64,000 nucleotides of DNA from the IMG/VR virus record IMGVR_UViG_3300029310_000003; one strand, given 5' to 3'. Below the pieces are notes generated by a model that was not told the DNA's origin, did no database searches, and saw only the letters and a program-made list of their open reading frames with translations. The translations under genes were made by a program, and so were the position numbers. The stretch comes from a virus. This document shows positions 41,395-50,636 of the stretch, piece after piece (position 1 is the first letter of the stretch; each line of letters begins with the position of its first letter).

Positions 41395-42714
41395 TCAGAT
41401 TCCCTCCAATCCGATCCTCGCCTCCGCGAAAATTTCACCGTTTGCCGCCGTGATCTTAAGTGCCTGTGCGCTGGCATGCCAGCAGGTAACGGAAATTTTG
41501 TTTCCGTCGATTTTCGCCGTATAGGCCGATTCCTCCGCGCCGGAGCATGTGAACGTGATTGCTTCGTCCGTCTCTGCCCCATTTTCAAATACCGCCGCTT
41601 CCAGCGTCAGCGTCTCATACGCCCGGAGCAAATCCGGAACGTTCCCAAGGAACGCAATTTCCTTTTCTCCGTCCGCCGGAACGACCGTGATCTCCATTGT
41701 CTGAAAAACCTCTCTGTTCTGTACCAGTCTGCACCGCAGCATGCAGTTTCCATCCTTAACGGCAGATACAACCCCGTCCGGGCTGACCTCTGCCACACTT
41801 TCATCCGAGCTTTCCCATTCGTAGAAGATCGGATGCTCCATGGAGTTTTCGACCGTCTCCCCCATCCGGAGGCTTTCCGCCGCAAAACTCTGCGTCCGAC
41901 CCGTCTTGATAACGGGGTTTCCCTTGATACGAATTTCCCACGAAAACGTCTTTCCGCCGGCAACGTGCCGCTTCATGTCGTCGATCTCCGGATTTACAGG
42001 CTCATACCGCGCCGTAAATTCCATCAGCCGTACCGAATCATAGTCTCCTGTGAATTCCTGCGACCAGTCACCGAAGCCCGTGATCCGATACGCGCCGGAG
42101 CCGAGAATGATCCGGCTGTTCGTGTTGAGCTGCCGCGTTTCCGCGTTGCACTGGCACACGATGTTCACATAGCCCTTCGTAATCAGCGCATATTCCTGCA
42201 TATCGCTTTCGTTCGCGGTCAGAATGGCTTTTTCCGCGCAGATTGGCTCCGAAAGCAGATTTCCGTACCAATCCAGATGATTCCAGACCGTCCGGCATCT
42301 CTGGATAATTCCTCCGCCAATGTCGTTTGAAATGTTCGTGGGATTCACAACGAGCCATGTGCTTCCCATCGTCTCGATCTTCGACCCCTCCGGCACATAT
42401 TCAATGCGTTGGTCCGCAAAAAGCACGATTTTGTAATCGTCCTGCTTTCGGAGCGTCGAAGCGGAATCCGGCGCAATGTCCGCTATGCGAATCCGCGTTT
42501 CCGTCCAGCACTCGCGGTCGTTCGGATCAAGTCCCTGCACACGCGCTTTCACGAAATTGGACGCATACTTGGAAATTTTCTCCGTAAACCGCGCAGAAGG
42601 ATTTGAAAGGTACTGCTTCTCCCGGTTTCTGTACTGCGCCGGTGTGTTTTTCACGGAGCCGGAAATTCTGCCGCCCGCACAAAGCCCGCTTGCAATGTTT
42701 TTTTCAATGGACAC
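41395..42714 (-). CDS. structural protein with C-terminal Ig-like (Big_2-type) domains
   Basis: GTG start chosen to avoid overlapping the upstream gene. 'WESSDESVAEVSPDGVVSAVKDGNCMLRC' is Big_2-like. Confidence 0.6.
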   Translation of the reverse strand: MSIEKNIASGLCAGGRISGSVKNTPAQYRNREKQYLSNPSARFTEKISKYASNFVKARVQGLDPNDRECWTETRIRIADIAPDSASTLRKQDDYKIVLFADQRIEYVPEGSKIETMGSTWLVVNPTNISNDIGGGIIQRCRTVWNHLDWYGNLLSEPICAEKAILTANESDMQEYALITKGYVNIVCQCNAETRQLNTNSRIILGSGAYRITGFGDWSQEFTGDYDSVRLMEFTARYEPVNPEIDDMKRHVAGGKTFSWEIRIKGNPVIKTGRTQSFAAESLRMGETVENSMEHPIFYEWESSDESVAEVSPDGVVSAVKDGNCMLRCRLVQNREVFQTMEITVVPADGEKEIAFLGNVPDLLRAYETLTLEAAVFENGAETDEAITFTCSGAEESAYTAKIDGNKISVTCWHASAQALKITAANGEIFAEARIGLEGI

Positions 42715-42734
42715 TCTCCCGGCCCCCTTTTCTG

Positions 42735-43511
42735 TTAAGTTCCGTAAATGCAGACGTTGTAGTCCGCATACGGGAAAGCATTCGGTACGGCTACCTGCAC
42801 CCGTATATTTCCGCTCACAAGCGAAACGCCGACGGCCGTCGGAAGAAGCGCGGAAATTCCACTGCCCGTGGTTTTGACCATCGCTCCGTTTGTTGCGTTC
42901 GCATCCTTGAAATATGCCGCCGAATAGATCTGCTTGTCCGACAGCAGCGCATAGCTGATCGACGCGCATACATACACGGCGAGAATGTCCGAGATTCCGG
43001 CCGTGTTGGAAATGTCCAGATAATTCTTCGCATCTCCGGCTACCGTCGCTGTGATTTTCTTGACCGTCTGTCCGCTCGGAGGATTGATAAGCACCTGACT
43101 CAGGCCCGTGTAGCCGCTGTCCGGCGTCACCGTCTGCTGCACCGTTCCGGCCGTGACCGTCTTGCTCTGCAATTTGACGCCGCCGACAACGACCTGAGAA
43201 AGCCCGTTATAGCCCGCGTCCGGCTTGACGGTCTGCTGGCTTGCGGACGGGATCACGACCTTTCCCTGAAGCTTGATCGCGCCAACCGTCACCTTGCTCA
43301 GTCCCGTAAAGCCGCTGTCCGGCGTAAAGATCTGCTGGCTCGTGGACGGCGTAACGGATTTTTCCTGAAGCTTCACCTGCGCCACGGAAACCTGATCGAG
43401 TCCCGTATAGCCAGCGTCCGGCTTCACCACGACCGGCGCGGTCGTGGACGCGCTCACGCTCTTGCTCTGCATTTTCACAACGCCGCCTCTGCGGCTGAAT
43501 TCGCAAGCCAT
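42735..43511 (-). CDS. fibre-like protein with 4 tandem 33-aa repeats
   Basis: GGGAGGA RBS. Repeats 'KLQ.K.V.PS.SQQ.V.PD.GY.GLSQV.V' at aa 13-145. Confidence 0.65.
   Translation of the reverse strand: MACEFSRRGGVVKMQSKSVSASTTAPVVVKPDAGYTGLDQVSVAQVKLQEKSVTPSTSQQIFTPDSGFTGLSKVTVGAIKLQGKVVIPSASQQTVKPDAGYNGLSQVVVGGVKLQSKTVTAGTVQQTVTPDSGYTGLSQVLINPPSGQTVKKITATVAGDAKNYLDISNTAGISDILAVYVCASISYALLSDKQIYSAAYFKDANATNGAMVKTTGSGISALLPTAVGVSLVSGNIRVQVAVPNAFPYADYNVCIYGT
43077..43475 (-). repeat. 4 x ~99-bp in-frame tandem repeats
   Basis: Derived from the 33-34-aa periodicity in CDS 42735..43511. Confidence 0.75.
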
Positions 43512-43531
43512 ATTCTGTCCTCCCTGAAAAT

Positions 43532-44245
43532 TCAGAGCATCGTGAATACCCGCCGCAGCGGATTGACTCTCTGCATATATGCGCAGCTCTGCTCATATGC
43601 CCGCAGCTCCGAATAAAAGAGCTGTAAATTTTCCTTGAACCGAGCCGTGGATTCCTTCATCGTCGTGTTTTCGTTCGGTGGATTGAAATTCTTGTCGTGG
43701 ATTTTCGGCTGGATGTTCAGCCATTCGCGGTTGAACCGGTTGTCCCACACGACCGATACCGCCAACCCCAGAAGCCGTTTCTGCCGCATCGTCAGCTCAT
43801 GTGAAAACCGACCGTCCGTGTAAAAATCCAGCCTGTATTCGGTCCCGGCGTTGTCCTGCCTTGGGAACGTCACGTTTCCCGTCTCCTTGTCGTATGTAAA
43901 ATCCGTATACGGGAAAAATACCGCCTCGTCCATCCCGGCGCTTCCAACCATCACGCAGGAGCACAGCTCGTACCCGATCTTTCCGGTCGCAACGACCGTT
44001 TCCTGCGTCGTGCTGGTCTGGTCGCTGACCCATTCCGCGTCATCGTACTGTGCTTTTTCAAGGCCCTCCGCCAGATAAAGCGCAAGCTCCGGCGGCTGCG
44101 TAAGCATTGGGATAGCCATTTCCATCCATGCGCTCATACGCCGGAAAAAAAGCGCCGCATCCTGTTGAAGATCCTCCGTCATCCGTTCGTCCGAGATCAG
44201 GACCATTGCGTGCTTTGTAATGATCTCGCTCCAGCTCGTACCCAT
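43532..44245 (-). CDS. hypothetical structural-module protein (237 aa)
   Basis: ATG (MGTSWSE) overlapping the upstream stop by 1 nt (TGATG); the track lists a TTG three codons earlier. Confidence 0.55.
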   Translation of the reverse strand: MGTSWSEIITKHAMVLISDERMTEDLQQDAALFFRRMSAWMEMAIPMLTQPPELALYLAEGLEKAQYDDAEWVSDQTSTTQETVVATGKIGYELCSCVMVGSAGMDEAVFFPYTDFTYDKETGNVTFPRQDNAGTEYRLDFYTDGRFSHELTMRQKRLLGLAVSVVWDNRFNREWLNIQPKIHDKNFNPPNENTTMKESTARFKENLQLFYSELRAYEQSCAYMQRVNPLRRVFTML

Positions 44246-44394
44246 CAGTCCCAATCCTCCTTTTCGTAGGAATCCACGTTCCGGATCTTCTGCATATCCT
44301 CCCGGATACAGTCTGCGGCGGTCTCATCCTCGATCAGAGCCAGAAGAGATTCAATGATGCCGCAAAGCGCCTCGATTTTTTCCTGGCTGTCCAT
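44245..44394 (-). CDS. hypothetical acidic small protein (49 aa)
   Basis: ORF MDSQEKIEALCGIIESLL...EDWD fills the gap between two genes; below the track cut-off. Confidence 0.4.
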   Translation of the reverse strand: MDSQEKIEALCGIIESLLALIEDETAADCIREDMQKIRNVDSYEKEDWD

Positions 44395-44416
44395 GAAACC
44401 GCCGCCTTTCCTCTAT

Positions 44417-45469
44417 TTAAGCCGTGACCGTAACGGTGCATTCCGCCGTTCCGGCCAGATGATTTTTATCTTCTTCCTGCTGGATCTCCAAAACGCACTC
44501 CCCAGCTGCGATTGCCGTTACTGTGATCTTATTGCTTTCGGCTCCAACCGAAAGTTCTACCACGTCCGGCGTCCGCGCTTCGATGTCGATCTTTCCGTCG
44601 GAATTCGTGCTGATCGTGATCGTGTCGCTTCCGCTGACGGACATTTCGATGGCTTCCGGCGATACGCTGAGACCGGCCGCCGCTTTCGCAATGGTCCACG
44701 GCGCAATGATCGTCCCCGCATAATTTCCGATTCCGTCGATGCGCAGAGAATAATTTCCTGCGTCTGTTCCCTTGTCACCGCTGACCGTGTAATCCGTGTT
44801 TTCCGTCAGTTTGACGTCGCCGAGCGTCACGCTCGTCACGGCCTTTTCCTGCTCGTTTCCGGTGTAGGTCAGCGCCGCGCCCAATACGACCGCCGCGCTT
44901 TCAATGCTTGTCCGCACCGTGAGCGCATTTTCAAGGTTATAGAAAAAACCGGTCGTCACGCCGTTTGCCGTCAGAAAATATCCGCCGATGCAAAGCTCAT
45001 ATTTGCCGCCGGCCGCCGCCGGGACCTCAAAGCCACCGCGCGTCAGCTTCGCGCCGGAGACCGACGTGATCTGCGCCACGGCGTGGGTCTTGTTTTGCAT
45101 CGCCCAGCGAATATGCACGTTCGTCAGCGTTGCCGCCGCGCTGAAAACCACATATTCCACGGGTCCCCGATACCGCACGGCATAGCCGGAGCCGCCATTA
45201 CTGAGCGTGATATTTCCGCTTCCATCGTCGGTCGCGCTCATACCGGCAGACTTTGCCGTGAGCTGTGTCTCCCGGTTGAGCTTCGCGGTAAATTCCGCCG
45301 CCGACTGCATCTCGATCTCCAGAATTTCCGCCTCGGAGCCGCGCCAGTCGAGCGCCGGGAAGGCGTTTTTGATAGCCTCCCGCAGCTCCGGCAGGATGTT
45401 GATGTTGGCCGCGTATGCGGACGCAGGCACAAAGGAAAATTCGCTGTATACAGGACTGCTCATATTCAA
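44417..45469 (-). CDS. Ig-like repeat surface protein (head or neck decoration?)
   Basis: 'TYTGNEQEKAVTSVTLGDVKLTENTDYTVSGDKGTDAGNYSLRIDGIGNYAGTI' (MBG/Ig-like) and a C-terminal Big_2-like '...ITVTAIAAGECVLEI'. Confidence 0.6.
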   Translation of the reverse strand: MNMSSPVYSEFSFVPASAYAANINILPELREAIKNAFPALDWRGSEAEILEIEMQSAAEFTAKLNRETQLTAKSAGMSATDDGSGNITLSNGGSGYAVRYRGPVEYVVFSAAATLTNVHIRWAMQNKTHAVAQITSVSGAKLTRGGFEVPAAAGGKYELCIGGYFLTANGVTTGFFYNLENALTVRTSIESAAVVLGAALTYTGNEQEKAVTSVTLGDVKLTENTDYTVSGDKGTDAGNYSLRIDGIGNYAGTIIAPWTIAKAAAGLSVSPEAIEMSVSGSDTITISTNSDGKIDIEARTPDVVELSVGAESNKITVTAIAAGECVLEIQQEEDKNHLAGTAECTVTVTA

Positions 45470-45503
45470 TACCTCATTCCCGCGCCCACATGCGGCGCTT
45501 TTC

Positions 45504-46412
45504 TCAGAGCGCTTCGCGCTCGTTCATTCTCTCGATGATATGGACAAAATCGCCTCTCGGCTTTTCTGCCGTCTTGCTCATTTCGTTGAGCTGCACGACG
45601 ATCTCCCGCGTCACATGCGTATCACCGTTTTCATACGCCTCCATATATCCCTGTGCGACCATTTTCTTGTGGCCGTCGCAGAGCCTTGGATAGATCTCCA
45701 GCATTTCTTCGCCGAATTCCACGATTCTTGTAAAGACCTTACGGTCGAGGATCTCCCCCTCCCGGTAATTGACGCCCAGCGCCTCGCGTTCGTCCTCATT
45801 GAGTCCGGACACCACGATCAGCCAGCGCCTTGCCATGAATACGCGGTTGACCTCCGTCAGCACGCGCGAAAGATCGCGCTTCGGCACATAGAAGCTTCCC
45901 GTCTTTCCGACGATCTGTCCGTAAATACCGCCCTCTCCAAAGAAAACGATGTTGTCGTCCGCGACCGGAGCCATCCACAGGAAATGCACCATTTCCGTGT
46001 CATTGGAAACCTGAATCACCTGCGGAGTCTGCTGTGCGGGAACGCTTGCCATCGCGCGCGCGACCGCATCCGCGATCATCTTCTGCACATCCGACTTCTT
46101 GAACGTCTCTTCCTTCGGGGCTTCTGCCTTTTCCTCCACAACGGATTCCCTAGGAACTTCCACTTCCTGTCCCTTCAGCTCCGGTTCCAGCTCCGTCAGC
46201 GGTGTCTGTTCACCGTCGTAGCCGGCACCCTTGACATCGTCCGCCATCACCGTCAGCACATTTTCTTCCCCGATCTGCGCCTTTTCAGCGGTGTTTTCCG
46301 TCGCGATTTCTTCCGGGACGTTGAAGAAAACGTCCTTTTCTTCCGAAGCTTCCGCTTCCGGATTTTTTCTCGGTCTGCCGGGCTTTCTGCCCGCGTTCTT
46401 GTTCTCAGCCAT
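45504..46412 (-). CDS. hypothetical protein (302 aa) with acidic disordered N-terminus
   Basis: ATG 8 nt after AAAGGAG; directly downstream of the capsid gene. Confidence 0.6.
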   Translation of the reverse strand: MAENKNAGRKPGRPRKNPEAEASEEKDVFFNVPEEIATENTAEKAQIGEENVLTVMADDVKGAGYDGEQTPLTELEPELKGQEVEVPRESVVEEKAEAPKEETFKKSDVQKMIADAVARAMASVPAQQTPQVIQVSNDTEMVHFLWMAPVADDNIVFFGEGGIYGQIVGKTGSFYVPKRDLSRVLTEVNRVFMARRWLIVVSGLNEDEREALGVNYREGEILDRKVFTRIVEFGEEMLEIYPRLCDGHKKMVAQGYMEAYENGDTHVTREIVVQLNEMSKTAEKPRGDFVHIIERMNEREAL

Positions 46413-46575
46413 TTTCAAAAACTCCTTTCAGATCTATGGCGTTTTTCGTGTCGGCCCCCGCCGGAATTGAACCGGCGTCTGTGCGCCAGCGGAGCCATAT
46501 GGCGCTGGGAGGGAGGAGGTTTACCCTCCCAGCGTTTGACGCACGCGGGCCTGCCCGTGACCCGCGCGGCCTTGC

Positions 46576-47805
46576 TTAGACAGTAACGTGTCCGACCTTG
46601 TTCGAGAAAACGGCGACCATATCCAGCGCAATGGTCAGATTGATGCCGATCTCGAAATCTGCCGTGCGCGTCGGGTCCATCTCAATGGTGATGGGCGTCT
46701 CGGCGTTGTAAGCGATGGTCATGGGCTTTCTGCCGGAGGAAGAGAGCATCCATACATCGTTTGCAGACAGGAGCGTGGTCGGTGCGCTGTTGATGTTGAC
46801 GGGGCTTACCGCGTCACGCAGCGGCATCAGGCGAACGCCAAGGAATTCGCCGAGCATACCGTTGCTGTTGTACTGCTGACCCAGCAGCATCGCCAGCGCG
46901 GAATCCATGCTTGCGTTGGTGGAGCCGGTGGCCTGCGTCGGCAGGACCTTTGCCAGCGCAACGGGAGAACCGGCCGCGATGATGTTTCGAACGCCGGTGT
47001 TGTTGAGCGCGGCCAGCTTGTTTGCCAGCGAGATCCAGTTCTGGTTGGTGAACGTCTGGTTGAGGTTGCTCGGAATGAGCGTGGTGTCGGCTGCCGCAAG
47101 GGTCATCGCCTGATTCCACATGCCCATGGTCTTTGCATACATGCCCGCAACGAGATTCGCAAAGAACTGACCGAAGTCCTGATTGTTGCCGACCAGCTGA
47201 TACCACTTGGCCGTAATCATTGCGGTCTTGGGCTGCGGGTTGAGCGTGTAGTCCTTCGTGTAGAAGCGGTTGCGCGGCACGCTTCTGGAGGCGCCCCAGC
47301 TGGAATCCTGGAAAATGGGGATGTCATTGGAGCCGACAGAGATCATAGCCGTCTCGCCAAAGCCGACCTCCAGCGTGTCCGCGAAGAAATCCACGGCCTC
47401 GGAGTAGACGTTGGCAATGATGGGAATGACGATCTCCTGATAGATGCCCTGAAGCACTCTGTAGAACGCAGCGTTTCCGTAGAAGCGCATACCGTTGCGC
47501 TTGAGTTCCTCAAAGCTTGCCGGAGGCGTTTCGCCGGTCTGTGCGCAGGCGACCTTCGCGGCATACATCAGGTGTTCTCTCTGGAACTTTTCATTCAGCT
47601 CCTTGTAGCCCTTGCCACTCAGCATGTGCTGAATGTTGGCAGTCTGCATACCGTTTGCCGCCAGAATGGCGGATTTGCCGTTTGCGGCGTGCTCATAGAA
47701 AAGCACACGGCCCTTGGAAACGATGTCACCGCGTTCTGCTTCATTGCCGGAAGCATTCACGCGGAAAACAGCGGTAGGGATGCTGTTCAGATTGATTTTC
47801 GGCAT
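46576..47805 (-). CDS. putative major capsid protein
   Basis: 409 aa. Positioned after the scaffold-like and decoration-like genes. Followed by a 157-nt hairpin-dense spacer, typical of highly expressed capsid genes. No family was searched. Confidence 0.65.
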   Translation of the reverse strand: MPKINLNSIPTAVFRVNASGNEAERGDIVSKGRVLFYEHAANGKSAILAANGMQTANIQHMLSGKGYKELNEKFQREHLMYAAKVACAQTGETPPASFEELKRNGMRFYGNAAFYRVLQGIYQEIVIPIIANVYSEAVDFFADTLEVGFGETAMISVGSNDIPIFQDSSWGASRSVPRNRFYTKDYTLNPQPKTAMITAKWYQLVGNNQDFGQFFANLVAGMYAKTMGMWNQAMTLAAADTTLIPSNLNQTFTNQNWISLANKLAALNNTGVRNIIAAGSPVALAKVLPTQATGSTNASMDSALAMLLGQQYNSNGMLGEFLGVRLMPLRDAVSPVNINSAPTTLLSANDVWMLSSSGRKPMTIAYNAETPITIEMDPTRTADFEIGINLTIALDMVAVFSNKVGHVTV

Positions 47806-47822
47806 TTTCTCTCACTCCTTCC

Positions 47823-48407
47823 TTATGCGTAGACGCGGCAAGCCTGCACGTCGATGTAGTCAAAGCTCTCCGTCGTACCCTCGGTGAATTTTCCGGTCTG
47901 CGGAAGCACCTTGAAGTACAGTGCGCCGTTCGCTGTCGGAGCGGCAGCGGCGGGCTTGAGCTGACCGGCGTCGATGGTCAGGAACGTGTTGGCTCCAACG
48001 GCGGCATTCACATTGCCGATACCGAAGCGGTATGCGTGATCGCCGTCGAAAACGATCTTCGTGAACGTGCCGTCGCGGCCTGCCGGAATGCCGAGGCCGA
48101 GCGTCTCCGTGCCGACGGCATAGCGCTGGCCGTTTTTGCCCGCAAGCAGCGAGACTTCGTAGGTATTCGCGGCATAAACGACATCGCCTGCCTTCGTGGC
48201 GGAAGTGGCGTCCACCATGATCCATGCGTTTTCATTCTTGATGTTCGGGAAGCCTGCGCACGGCAGCTGCGTGGTGCGCACGACCAGACGGCCCGCGTCG
48301 CAGTCCGCGTCCGCGCTGGACGCCTGATATCTGCCGGTCACATTGATGAGGTCATCGCGGAAATCGTTCGTCACGCGCGGCTCAAATGCGGTTTTTGCAG
48401 TAAACAT
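47823..48407 (-). CDS. putative head decoration/accessory protein (positional)
   Basis: 194 aa, beta-rich, lying between the scaffold-like gene and the capsid gene. Confidence 0.4.
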   Translation of the reverse strand: MFTAKTAFEPRVTNDFRDDLINVTGRYQASSADADCDAGRLVVRTTQLPCAGFPNIKNENAWIMVDATSATKAGDVVYAANTYEVSLLAGKNGQRYAVGTETLGLGIPAGRDGTFTKIVFDGDHAYRFGIGNVNAAVGANTFLTIDAGQLKPAAAAPTANGALYFKVLPQTGKFTEGTTESFDYIDVQACRVYA

Positions 48408-48424
48408 TCTTTTTCACTCCTCTC

Positions 48425-49840
48425 TTATTCCTCGGAAGCGGCTTCGACGCCCCACTTGTCCAGCAGGCCGGCAATGGAGCCGTCGTCCTTTTCGCTGTTC
48501 TTTCCGAGCTTGTCCCATACATAGGTGGTTTTCTTCTTCGCGGCGGCTTCGGCATCCATCTTCTCGACGGCCTCTCCGCATACGGCATAAACGGCCTTTG
48601 CGACCTCTGCCTCGCCGGTCCAGTTCTTGTCTTTGTCGCAGCTGTTGGTGTAAAGTCCCGCCTCAATGTCGGTCAGAATGCCGGAAATTTCGCTGTCCGC
48701 GACCTTCTGCTCCCGGTTGAGGTTAAACCTCCGCAGCGTTTCTTCCGCCTTCGCCTTCGCGGCGTTCAGACGGCGCTTGCTTTCAAACTCCTGCATTGCC
48801 GCGACCTGCGCGTTCGCGCTGTTCAGCTGCTGAGTCAGCGCTTCCACGTTTTTCTCCGCCGCGTTCAGTTTTGTGTTCGTTTCTCCGCAGATCACATCCA
48901 CAAAATCCGCCGCGTCCGTGGTCAGCTGTTCTTCGCCAAACTGCGCGACTGCATTGATGGAAAGCGTCTGGAAGCGTTCCGGCACGATGGTCTCGGCGGC
49001 GTTTTCCAGAATGTAGGACTTATACGCGCCGTCCTTCGTCATCAGGCAGACATAGATCTTTCCGTCCTTTTCACCTGCCGCCAGAACCTTATAACCGTCG
49101 AAGCGCGCGGAAAGCTCCTTGAGCTGTCTCTTGCTGTAAGGTTTCAATGTTTTCACTCCTTCGTGTTGTAAATTCCCGTTTTCGGGTCCGTTTTCTCCGT
49201 CCGGGGCCTTCTGTAAAGATGCCGCCTTGAGCTTCAATGTCTTAAACTCTTCTCCCAGCGCGGCAAGCCGAGCGATGTTGGCCCCCGGAATTGCCGGAGC
49301 AACGCCCGCACCCAGAATCGTGACGCCAAGTCCCCGCCAGACCTCCTCAATCTCAATGTCTCCGTCCATGCGGTTTTCCTCGATCAGAGTTTCCACGGAT
49401 ACGTCCATGCGCCCTGTTCGCACGATCTCATCCACGGCCTCCTTTGCGTAGAAAGCGAAAAGCTTTCCCCTTGCCACAATCCAGGTCTGACCATCCCTCT
49501 TCTTGAGGGAAAAATCACGTTCATCATCCGACAGCGTTCCGACAATGCGTTCCGCCGTCCCATCCATGTAGGAATAGTATTTTTCGCCCGTTCTCGGGTC
49601 CGTCCGGAGCTGGCTGTTGTGTCCGTCTCCGACCTTTCCCAGAACGTAGGCGATCAAAATCGGCTGCCCTACAAACGTCTTGTAGAACTTTTCCAGATTC
49701 CGATAATCCCATTTGTTCCGATTCACGCCCTCGCGCATCAGCCACAGCTCCACGCCGAATTCGTAGGGATTCAGCCTTTGCAGTACGCGAAGCTGTCCCG
49801 TCGCAAGCGCGTTGGTGTTTTTTGTCAGCGGCATTTTCAC
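48425..49840 (-). CDS. putative prohead protease/scaffolding fusion protein
   Basis: The C-terminal half is an Ala/Glu/Lys coiled coil ('NAAEKNVEALTQQLNSANAQVAAMQEFESKRRLNAAKAKAEE'). The N-terminal ~200 aa are globular. Position is after the portal gene. Confidence 0.5.
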   Translation of the reverse strand: MKMPLTKNTNALATGQLRVLQRLNPYEFGVELWLMREGVNRNKWDYRNLEKFYKTFVGQPILIAYVLGKVGDGHNSQLRTDPRTGEKYYSYMDGTAERIVGTLSDDERDFSLKKRDGQTWIVARGKLFAFYAKEAVDEIVRTGRMDVSVETLIEENRMDGDIEIEEVWRGLGVTILGAGVAPAIPGANIARLAALGEEFKTLKLKAASLQKAPDGENGPENGNLQHEGVKTLKPYSKRQLKELSARFDGYKVLAAGEKDGKIYVCLMTKDGAYKSYILENAAETIVPERFQTLSINAVAQFGEEQLTTDAADFVDVICGETNTKLNAAEKNVEALTQQLNSANAQVAAMQEFESKRRLNAAKAKAEETLRRFNLNREQKVADSEISGILTDIEAGLYTNSCDKDKNWTGEAEVAKAVYAVCGEAVEKMDAEAAAKKKTTYVWDKLGKNSEKDDGSIAGLLDKWGVEAASEE

Positions 49841-50370
49841 TCACCGTCCTGTCTGTAAAGTCCCTCGATCCATCCTTCGAAGCTGGTCGCGCTCATTTCG
49901 TGCTCGGAATACATCTGCCACGCATACAGGAGCTTTTCGTAGCTCTGACTGTTCTCCATCTGCAAATTTTCAAACCCGCGTCCGAGCGGATACATCCCGT
50001 TTCCGTCGCAAACCTCCACGCATTTCCGGAGCGCATCTTCGATCCTTTGCAGCATTTCAATGGCCGCTTCAAAGACCTCGTCGAGGTTTTCCGGCCGGTC
50101 CGCGTATTCTGCGGTCGCCGGGTAGATCTGTAAGATGTGCCTCTGGTGGAGCAGATCACCCACCCCGTCAAAGCGCTGCGGCTGCAAATGCGCCAGCCTG
50201 TGCAGAACGTCCGCCGTTTTCGGCATCCCCAGCTCGATCAAGACCAGCTCCTTGAGTGTGTCCAGCCCTCTTGCCGCATCCTGATAGGCGCCTGTCACAT
50301 CCCGCGCTGCATCGCGCACGGCCGCAAGTGCGCCGTTTTCAAAATCAAACCGTTCTTTCAGCCGAGCCAT
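49837..50370 (-). CDS. hypothetical helical protein (177 aa)
   Basis: Internal ATG (MARLKERF) after a GGGAGAAGAG RBS. Confidence 0.55.
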   Translation of the reverse strand: MARLKERFDFENGALAAVRDAARDVTGAYQDAARGLDTLKELVLIELGMPKTADVLHRLAHLQPQRFDGVGDLLHQRHILQIYPATAEYADRPENLDEVFEAAIEMLQRIEDALRKCVEVCDGNGMYPLGRGFENLQMENSQSYEKLLYAWQMYSEHEMSATSFEGWIEGLYRQDGE

Positions 50371-50392
50371 GTTCTCTTCTCCCTTCCGCAAA

Positions 50393-50470
50393 AAACAAAA
50401 AGAGCCAACGGCACGTTTCCGTGTCGTTGACTCTATCCAGCCCCTTTGCGGTACTATCCTACCGCAAGCA
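50393..50470 (-). promoter_or_regulatory. conserved intergenic RNA element copy B (GGAUAG-loop hairpin + GGCUGGAUAG + intrinsic terminator)
   Basis: Minus sense: ttgcggta-GGATAG-taccgcaa (a C-G to U-A compensatory change relative to copy A), aggggctGGATAG, stem agagtcaacgacacg-GAAA-cgtgccgttggctct, then TTTTTGTTTTTT. Confidence 0.6.
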
Positions 50471-50483
50471 CTCTATTTTCTTT

Positions 50484-50636
50484 TCAGCTCCGCGCGATTT
50501 CCTTCTTCTCGATTACCCTCGCGCTGATCTCCACCACGCGGATCAGATCTTTCGTCCGCTGAATTTCAACGTTTTTCCAGTCGTTCAGCGCCTTGTTAAT
50601 CGCCGGAAGATCTTTTTCCGTCAGAAATTCAATCAT
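50484..50636 (-). CDS. hypothetical small protein (50 aa)
   Basis: GGAGG RBS. MIEFLTEKDLPAINKALNDWKNVEIQRTKDLIRVVEISARVIEKKEIARS. Overlaps the portal stop by 8 nt. Confidence 0.4.
   Translation of the reverse strand: MIEFLTEKDLPAINKALNDWKNVEIQRTKDLIRVVEISARVIEKKEIARS

Noticed and set aside
46459-46477. T-arm-like hairpin cgccgg-TTCAATT-ccggcg on the minus strand after the capsid gene.
   Set aside because: No complementary acceptor stem lies at tRNA distance, so it is not a tRNA.
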